Source of the DNA: Candidatus Latescibacterota bacterium
GTDB taxonomy: Bacteria > Latescibacterota > UBA2968 > UBA8231
DNA length: 64,000 nt
Assembly: GCA_965215195.1 (NCBI GenBank)
Contig: CBDCDC010000002.1
Location: 768,001 to 832,000, forward strand
Direction of reading: 5' to 3'
The first letter of the stretch is position 1, and the number at the start of each line of letters is the position of its first letter. Positions 57,447-64,000 of this stretch are shown here, piece by piece. The translations under genes were made by a program, and so were the position numbers. The notes under the pieces were generated by a model. It searched no databases and had not been told where the DNA came from. It saw only the letters and a program-made list of their open reading frames with translations.

Positions 57447-58583
57447 ATGCCCGCTGAAACCTACGGCATGCTGCTGGTCAGCTTCAGCAAGCACAGCCAC
57501 CAACAGCACTTCGTCCCCCTGTACCAAGCCCATCCCCGCCTGCGCATCATCGGCGTGGCCGACTACCCCGACCTTGACCCGGACTTGCGCCGCTACAACC
57601 AGCAATGGGCCAGCCAACTCAACGTGCCCTACTCAGAGGACCTCAACGCGTCCATTGACGACCCGGCCGTCGATATTGTCAGCGTCGGCTGCGAGATCGA
57701 GCGGCGGTCCGCGCTCATCGTCCGTGCGGCCAAGGCCGGCAAGCACCTGTGGATCGACAAGTTTCCCGGGGCCACCCTCGCCGAGGCCGAGGCGTCGGCA
57801 GTCGCGGTTGAGCGCACCGGCGTCCAGGCGATCATCCCCGGCTACGCCTACGGCACCCTCGCCCAGCACACCCGCCGCGTCCTCGCCAGCGGCGACTTGG
57901 GCACCCTGCTCGGCGTCCACGTCGATGTGATGTTCGGCAAGGGCTGGCCGCGTCTCATAACCCAACGCCGTGCCTTTGTTGCACCCAACGGCCAGTGGAA
58001 ATACCCGGATATCAAAAGGGAGTTGCTGACGGTGGGCGCGTACGCGGTCGGCCTAATCCAAGAATGCCTCGGTCCCATCGGCTGCGTCGTCGGCCACGCC
58101 GGGGCCTTCTTCTTTCCCGAACACGCGGCCCACGGCTGCGACGATTTTGGCACCCTAACTCTGACCGACGCCGACGGCCGGGTGGCCACCTTGTGCGGCG
58201 GGCGCATTGGCGCGGCCTCCCATCCCCAAGGCGGGCCAGCGCGGGCGTACCTAATCGGCACCCGCCAGAGCGCCACCATCGACGGCAAAAGGCCAGCGCT
58301 GGACGCCTATCTGCGCGACTACAGCACCAGTTACGACTATCGGCCCAACCCCCAAGATCCCATGCAGTGGCACGGAGGGCCGCCCGTCCCAACCGCTTCC
58401 CTATCCGAGGATACAGCGGGCCTAGCAGCCGGGCTCGACGATTTGGTCGCCGCCATCGACGACGACCGACCGCCCCGCTATGGTGTGCGCCAAGCGCGGG
58501 ATTTGATGGAAATCATCCTCGCCGGTTACCGCGCTGTCGAGTGCAACGCGGCCATTGGCCTGCCGCTGGAGCAAGAACTATGA
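57447..58583 (+). CDS. Gfo/Idh/MocA-family oxidoreductase (divergent motifs)
   Basis: GAGGA RBS, DDPAVDIVSV, AGKHLWIDKF, GDLG..LGVH. Promoter TTGGCG-N17-TATACT at 57361-57389. Confidence 0.82.
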   Translation: MPAETYGMLLVSFSKHSHQQHFVPLYQAHPRLRIIGVADYPDLDPDLRRYNQQWASQLNVPYSEDLNASIDDPAVDIVSVGCEIERRSALIVRAAKAGKHLWIDKFPGATLAEAEASAVAVERTGVQAIIPGYAYGTLAQHTRRVLASGDLGTLLGVHVDVMFGKGWPRLITQRRAFVAPNGQWKYPDIKRELLTVGAYAVGLIQECLGPIGCVVGHAGAFFFPEHAAHGCDDFGTLTLTDADGRVATLCGGRIGAASHPQGGPARAYLIGTRQSATIDGKRPALDAYLRDYSTSYDYRPNPQDPMQWHGGPPVPTASLSEDTAGLAAGLDDLVAAIDDDRPPRYGVRQARDLMEIILAGYRAVECNAAIGLPLEQEL

Positions 58584-59416
58584 CCATCGCCCTCAGTGCC
58601 CATCCCACTCTCTCCCCACTCGTCGGCCAACTCGCCGCCGCCCTGCCAATCAAGGGCCTGTACTATCCAGCGCGTCGGCACTCCGGCATCGACCTGCCCT
58701 TTTTCAGCGACTTGCCGGCCATGCTCCAAGCAACCAGCCCCGGCGTCTGCGCCTTCCTCTCGCCTTATGCAGCCCTCTGCGACGACGTCCGCACCTGTCT
58801 CCAAGCCGGCGTGGCCGTCCTCTGCGCCGGGCCCGTACCCAAGGCCGACCTGCCCATCGCCAGCGGCGGTATCCATCGCGGGTCGCCCCTGTTTGCCAAG
58901 GCGCTCCAGCAGCGGCGCGATCCTTCGTTTGCCGAGCCGGTCTATTTGCGCCTCGTGGCCGGCGTCCAAGAGCCGGGATTGTTGCCGGCGTGGTGGGCCG
59001 CCTGTGGCCAGCTGGCCTTTGCCAGCGACCTGCTGGGCGAAACCCCTGCCGAGGTGCATGTTTGCGCCAACCGCCACGGTCGCGCCTACCAAGTCGTGCT
59101 GACCGCCGCGGCTCCCAGCGGCGCGGCACTCCAGTTAGTCGTCGCGCCCCAGCCGGCGCTCGCCGAACTGACCTTGCTGGGCCGGGGCGGCGCGATCTCG
59201 GCCAGCGCCGCGCACAGCGGGATCGCCTTGGCCAGCGCCAAGGGAACCCACGTCGTGCCGGACGCGACAGCCCCCCCGGCCGAACTGGCGTGGTTGCGCG
59301 ATTTTTGCGAAAAAAAGAACCCGCCCAGCGAGCACTCAGGCGATTGCGGCCAAGCCCTGCTCGGCGGCCTGCGGCGGGCGCTGAGGACGCGACAGCCGGT
59401 TTTGGTTTATCTCTAA
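58580..59416 (+). CDS. Degenerate Gfo/Idh/MocA-like protein
   Basis: ATG overlaps the upstream stop; FSDLPAML, CLQAGVAVLCAGP and FAEPVYLR resemble the fold without canonical motifs. Confidence 0.55.
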   Translation: MTIALSAHPTLSPLVGQLAAALPIKGLYYPARRHSGIDLPFFSDLPAMLQATSPGVCAFLSPYAALCDDVRTCLQAGVAVLCAGPVPKADLPIASGGIHRGSPLFAKALQQRRDPSFAEPVYLRLVAGVQEPGLLPAWWAACGQLAFASDLLGETPAEVHVCANRHGRAYQVVLTAAAPSGAALQLVVAPQPALAELTLLGRGGAISASAAHSGIALASAKGTHVVPDATAPPAELAWLRDFCEKKNPPSEHSGDCGQALLGGLRRALRTRQPVLVYL

Positions 59417-59607
59417 GCAGAGGGACTCCGTCAACAAGCGCCCAGCCCGCTTCTTTTATCTGCTCGTACCGGCACATCCAGTTTGGCCTCGGCTCGCGTC
59501 GCGCCCAAGGGCGTCTCTTGACAAAATCTTTCCGTCTTGCCAGTCTCAAACATATGGGAACCACAGATGGTCCCCTTAACTGGTTTAAAAAAAAAGGCGC
59601 GAGAGAT

Positions 59608-60303
59608 ATGAAAACCTTTAGTGATGAAGACCTAATTGACCTATTCAATCGGCAATTACCCGACCTGCTGGACCGCCGCCCAGAACTGGAGCCGCTGATT
59701 TACCAAGGCTTCTTGGGCGCGTTTGCCCGCCGCGAAGAGGTAGCCATGGTGCTGAAGGAGTTGCGGGCATTGCGGACTGAGATGGACCAACGCTTTGAGC
59801 AAGTCGATCAACGCTTTGAGCAAGTCGATCAACGCTTTGAGCAAATCGATCAACGCTTTGAGCAAGTCGATCAACGCTTTGAGCAAGTGGAGGCGCGTAT
59901 AGATGCGTTTCGCGAGGAAGTGAACCAGCGCTTTGATGAAGTCTTTCAGGCCATCGATCGGCTGGGGGGGCGCTGGGGCATCCGCAACGAGAGCGTGTTC
60001 CGGCGCACCATGGCCGCCCTGTTGGAGGAATCCTTTGGGGCCGCGGTCGAAGAGCGCGTCATCGAGGGCGAACAATTCGACGTGGTCATTGTCGCGCCCG
60101 ATCAGCACATCCTCGTCGAAATCGCCGCCAGCGTGGGGGCCTCAATCCAAGAGCGGCTGGAGCGCAAGCGTCGGCTGTACACCGAGGCCACCGGGGTGGC
60201 CCCGGCGCGGGTCCTGCTCGCCACGGCGGATATCTATAGCTATCGGGCGCAAGCCCTGCGCGAGGCGGGCATTGAGGTCATTGAACCCGCAGAAGGAACC
60301 TAA
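59608..60303 (+). CDS. Heptad-repeat coiled-coil protein with C-terminal PD-(D/E)XK-like domain (DUF3782-like)
   Basis: Five DQRFEQ(V/I) repeats, LGGRWGIRNESVFR, FDVVI..HILVEI. Confidence 0.78.
   Translation: MKTFSDEDLIDLFNRQLPDLLDRRPELEPLIYQGFLGAFARREEVAMVLKELRALRTEMDQRFEQVDQRFEQVDQRFEQIDQRFEQVDQRFEQVEARIDAFREEVNQRFDEVFQAIDRLGGRWGIRNESVFRRTMAALLEESFGAAVEERVIEGEQFDVVIVAPDQHILVEIAASVGASIQERLERKRRLYTEATGVAPARVLLATADIYSYRAQALREAGIEVIEPAEGT
59785..59889 (+). repeat. 21-bp coding tandem repeat, 5 copies
   Basis: Unit GATCAACGCTTTGAGCAAGTC with single-base variants. Confidence 0.95.
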
Positions 60304-60313
60304 GCCGAGTTGG

Positions 60314-60348
60314 CAAAACCCGTCGGGCTCTGTTGCTCGGCGGGTTTT
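60314..60348. terminator. Probable bidirectional terminator
   Basis: AAAACCCGTCGGGC..GCTCGGCGGGTTTT between convergent genes. Confidence 0.6.
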
Positions 60349-60544
60349 ATGCCCGTCGCCTTCGATAATATCTATGGACAGTTCCGCAATTTTCGCCGCC
60401 AAATAGTCTATGCGCTCGACGACAACCTTGTCCTCGTGGCGACGGCAAGCCGCTTTTCGTTAAAGGCCATTGCGCCTAGTTGTAAAGGGAGGTCGCTTTG
60501 TCCGCATCGGCAGTATCGCTACGGACGCTCCTCTCCTCCTAATT

Positions 60545-63500
60545 TTAAGAAGCGCGTTGCGCACACCACTCCGTCAACAAGTGTGCAGCCCGCTGCTTGG
60601 CTTGGACAGCCGACGCCTCTTTGACCTGCTCGTACCCGCGAATGCCGTCCGGCAACTCGGCGATTTCCACGGCCAGCCCATAGCTTTCTTCGGCCAGTGC
60701 CGGCAAGACCTTTTCGATCAACCCGCAGTACCAGCCAATCAGTTCGCGCTCCAAGCGGCGCGCTGGCGTATAGCCAAACACGTCAAACGCCGTACCGCGC
60801 AACCCTTTTAGCCGGCTCAGGAGCACCAGCGCCGGACGCAGGCCCTTGCCAAAGCCGATCTTGCCCTTGAGCAAGCGCCGCAGGGTGGGCGGATGCAACT
60901 GCCGGACGATTTCCACCTCTCCGTCGAACAGGGCGCGCAGCCGCTCTTCACTGCCGTTGCGCGTCGCCAACCGCGCGACCTCGTATTCGTCCTTGTACGC
61001 CATCAGCTTGTACAGGCCGCGCACCACCGCCCGCGTGAGCTGCAAGCCGTGCGACAAGCCCCGATCGACGGCCCACACTTGGCGCACAAACCCCAAGTAG
61101 CGCCGGGCATAGGCGACGTCCTGATAGGCGCACAATTCGGCCAGCCGCACCCCCACCTCCTTCTGCCCCTCCACCGCCAAACCCGCCAACGCCGCCAAAC
61201 CCTCGTCGAGCAGGGCCTGCGCCGCCGCGTCGTGCGCCAGCCGCGCCCGCACTTCCGCCAACGTTTGCACCGCGGACACTTGCTGAATGCCCAAAGCCCG
61301 CTCCACCCGCGCCGGATCGGCCACGGCCAAGCGCCCCCAGCGGAAAGCCTGCACATTTTTTTCCACGGCCTGCGCGTTCAGGGCGATGGCCCGCTCAATG
61401 GAGGCCGCTTGTAGGGGCACTGCACCGGCCTGGTACGCGGCCCCCAACAGGAGCATGTTGGCGAAAATCGCATCCGAGAACAGCCGCTCGGCCAGCCAGT
61501 ACGTATCGAGGTAGATGTTGTCCTTGCCCGTGCAACGGTCGATTAGGGCGCGCAGCCGGGCCGCGTCGGGAAAGGGCTGGGTGCGCGGGTTGCGATTCAT
61601 GGCCGCATTGGCGATTTCAGCGGTGCTGACGAGGGCGCGGGTGCGCTGGGGCGCGGCGTATTTGAGGTTGTCCGGCTCGGCCGCCCGCAGCAGGTCAAAC
61701 CCCAAGTACAGATCGACTTCCCCAGGGAAGAGGCGGTTGAACACCGGCTGCTCGGCCGCGCTTATCACAATCGGCGCTTCGACCGGCCCACCCTTTTGCG
61801 CCAAGCCGGTGTTGTTGGACAAATACACGTATTTGCCCTCCATCATGGCCGCGTACGCAATGAGATGAGAAATCGTCACCACGCCTGTCCCCCCCCGCCC
61901 CATGGCGAAGATCGCGTATGGCCTCTCCAGCGGGCACGCTGGCGGCTCGGGCAGCTCGTCCAAAGGCTCCGGCCGCCGGCGGCGCAAGCGCGTGCCCTTG
62001 GCCGGCTTGACCACGGCAAAGGACGGGCACTCGCCGTCGATGCACAGCCCGTCTTGTGCACACTGGGCCTGCCGCACCTGCGTCTTGTCGCCGAACTCGG
62101 TCGCCACGCTGTAGAGCGCGGCGCAGCCTTCGGACTGGGCGTAACAGTCGCCGCAGCCCTCGCATATCGCCTCGTCGATGAGCACGTATTCGTCGGGCGT
62201 CAAACCCTCGCGGCGGCGGCGGCGGCCTTTCTCGGTGGCGCATTCCTTGTCGAGGATGAGCGCGGTCGTCCCGGCAATTTCCTTAAATTGCGCCAAGGCT
62301 TCGGCGTGGCGCTCCAAGCCGAACACCTCGATTCGCTCCCCGTCCAAGTGGCGGTAGCGCACCGGGTCCTCGCTGACGATCCCAACCTTCACTACCCCCA
62401 GCCCCAAAAGCTCCTGCACGACATCCGACACCGGCCGCTGCCCCCCGGGCGTCTGCCCGCCGGTGAGCGCGACCGCCCCGTTAAAAAGCAGCAGAAAGGT
62501 GATGTTCACCTCGCCTTGGACGCAGCTTTGGATCGCGCCGCGACCGCTGTGGAAATAGCTCCCGTCGCCCAAGTATTGGTAGATGTGCTGATTGCCGTTG
62601 AAGGGGGCCCAACCGCTGTAAATGGATCCACCAGCCCCCATCGTGGGGATGTAGAGGACGCCGGAGTCGTAGGCTTCAATCGCCCGGATGGAGGAGCAGC
62701 CAATGGCCCCCCCGGGCTTTTCGCGCAAGTCGCGGAAGCTGTTGTACGGACAGCCGCCGCAGGACATGGGCGTGACCCCGGGCACGGCTGGATAGGTGCG
62801 GTCGAGCACGCGCTGTAGCGCGGCGCGGCGCTCGGGGGCTGCCCCCAGACGCGGCCCGAGCTTGAGCACCAATTCCTCGGGATCCACTTCGCCGTGCGCC
62901 GGAATCAGCGGCTGCCCGTCCTCGTCCCACTGGCCGTACACGGCCTCCACATCCGCATCCCACAGCGCGGCTTTGACGCCCTCTTCGACAAAAGGCCCAG
63001 GCTCCTCAACCACGTAGATGCGCCGCAAACCTCGGGCGAATGTACGCACAATTTCGTAGTCGAGCGGATAGCTCACCGCGAGGTGCAACACCGGGATTCG
63101 CAGCCCCAAGTAGGCGAGGGCCTGCCGCACGTCCGCGTAGCTCTTGCCCACGGCCACGATGCCGACCCCGCCCCCTGCGTCCGCATCCACGATGCGGTTG
63201 AGGTCGTTGGCCCGCACATACTCTTCCACCAGCGGCCACTTTTCCTCCACGAGTTGCTGCTGCATGGGCAATGCGCCCGTAGCCATGACGATCTGGTTGA
63301 ATCGCTTGGCAAACGCGCGCTCGGGCAAGGCGATGGCTGGGCGCACACAGCCCAAGTCAACCGTGCTCGCGCCATCGCACACCGGCGTCGCTAGCTTGAG
63401 CGCGGTCACTACGCCGGCGTGGCGCGACAGGGCGACCGCGTGCAGCCCCAAGCGAATGACGTCCTCAATGCTGGCCGGATAGAAAATCGGCACCATGCTG

Positions 63501-63970
63501 CTGCGCAACACCCAATCGCTGGCCCCGGGCGAGACCGAGCTTTTGGAGCGGTGATCTTCTCCCGACAGCAGGACCATGGCACCGCGAGCGCCAGTGCCGC
63601 TGAGATTGGCCAACCACACCTCGTCGGGAATCCACATTGTGCCGTGTGCCTTGCCGTACCAAAAGGCATCCACGTCCCCACTGGCCGCAAACTGGCTGCC
63701 CAACACGGCCGAGGCCGCGGTTTTCTCGTTGATGCCGAACTGATGCACCGTGCGCCCCAACTCGTTGAGCACGTCGAGCTGGGCGACTATCTTCAGGTCC
63801 AGCCCGCCCAGCGGCGACCCTTCATAGCCGGTGAAATAGGTCTGGTTGACGTGGCCAGCGGCTTGGTCGCGCTCCTGCTTTTCGCGCACGAGGCGCACAA
63901 TCGCCTCCATGCCCGTGAGAAAGACCCGGCCATCGCGCTGTAAAAATTTGTCTTGAATGTCCAGCTTCAT
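60545..63970 (-). CDS. Indolepyruvate:ferredoxin oxidoreductase family protein (fused alpha/beta)
   Basis: GYEGSPLGG, SCGGCP, GDGSYFHSG, CEGCGDC, GRGGTGVVT, GLAQKGG, YKLMAYKDEYEVARL. Confidence 0.95.
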   Translation of the reverse strand: MKLDIQDKFLQRDGRVFLTGMEAIVRLVREKQERDQAAGHVNQTYFTGYEGSPLGGLDLKIVAQLDVLNELGRTVHQFGINEKTAASAVLGSQFAASGDVDAFWYGKAHGTMWIPDEVWLANLSGTGARGAMVLLSGEDHRSKSSVSPGASDWVLRSSMVPIFYPASIEDVIRLGLHAVALSRHAGVVTALKLATPVCDGASTVDLGCVRPAIALPERAFAKRFNQIVMATGALPMQQQLVEEKWPLVEEYVRANDLNRIVDADAGGGVGIVAVGKSYADVRQALAYLGLRIPVLHLAVSYPLDYEIVRTFARGLRRIYVVEEPGPFVEEGVKAALWDADVEAVYGQWDEDGQPLIPAHGEVDPEELVLKLGPRLGAAPERRAALQRVLDRTYPAVPGVTPMSCGGCPYNSFRDLREKPGGAIGCSSIRAIEAYDSGVLYIPTMGAGGSIYSGWAPFNGNQHIYQYLGDGSYFHSGRGAIQSCVQGEVNITFLLLFNGAVALTGGQTPGGQRPVSDVVQELLGLGVVKVGIVSEDPVRYRHLDGERIEVFGLERHAEALAQFKEIAGTTALILDKECATEKGRRRRREGLTPDEYVLIDEAICEGCGDCYAQSEGCAALYSVATEFGDKTQVRQAQCAQDGLCIDGECPSFAVVKPAKGTRLRRRRPEPLDELPEPPACPLERPYAIFAMGRGGTGVVTISHLIAYAAMMEGKYVYLSNNTGLAQKGGPVEAPIVISAAEQPVFNRLFPGEVDLYLGFDLLRAAEPDNLKYAAPQRTRALVSTAEIANAAMNRNPRTQPFPDAARLRALIDRCTGKDNIYLDTYWLAERLFSDAIFANMLLLGAAYQAGAVPLQAASIERAIALNAQAVEKNVQAFRWGRLAVADPARVERALGIQQVSAVQTLAEVRARLAHDAAAQALLDEGLAALAGLAVEGQKEVGVRLAELCAYQDVAYARRYLGFVRQVWAVDRGLSHGLQLTRAVVRGLYKLMAYKDEYEVARLATRNGSEERLRALFDGEVEIVRQLHPPTLRRLLKGKIGFGKGLRPALVLLSRLKGLRGTAFDVFGYTPARRLERELIGWYCGLIEKVLPALAEESYGLAVEIAELPDGIRGYEQVKEASAVQAKQRAAHLLTEWCAQRAS

Positions 63971-64000
63971 AAGAGGCTCTTGGCGTTGTTTTTTGGCTTT

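Noticed and set aside
58555-59607. N-terminal part of the 582-aa ORF
   Set aside because: It is a shadow frame over the 58580..59416 gene; the protein-like sequence starts at ATG 59608.
59785-59889. 21-bp repeats as a CRISPR array
   Set aside because: There are no spacers; the units are in-frame heptads of a coding sequence.

Overview
This is a GC-rich bacterial window. Its gene content (CRTAC1/ASPIC-UnbV and TPR proteins, a FlgD/CHU_C-tailed protein, an SWGRIK-tailed protein, heptad-repeat proteins) suggests an FCB-group lineage such as Latescibacterota/Gemmatimonadota, possibly a sponge symbiont; this is inference. From left to right it holds: (1) an eight-gene secreted/outer-membrane cluster divergent from an atypical sugar ABC transporter; (2) a split AdnAB/AddAB-like repair set (inactive helicase, UvrD helicase, stand-alone Fe-S PD-(D/E)XK nuclease) interrupted by TA genes and an IS982-disrupted TPR/HEAT gene, downstream of an XcyI/BsoBI-like R-M pair; (3) GT-C glycosylation and nucleotide-sugar genes; (4) groES-groEL with a sigma54-type promoter and a His-rich GroEL tail; (5) a metal-acquisition island (merC, ZIP, WD40, COG0523, DUF318, TonB receptor, His-rich lipoprotein) with tandem and mirrored duplications; (6) Gfo/Idh/MocA oxidoreductases and a fused indolepyruvate:ferredoxin oxidoreductase. 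The best candidate for a new system is a pair of tandem, apparently leaderless DUF2946-like Cys/His leader peptides ending in RGPP. Each stop-codon region can base-pair over ~270-300 nt with the RBS of the downstream metal-uptake genes, and the two copies carry different metal-ligand sets. All calls come from reading the sequence; no searches were run.
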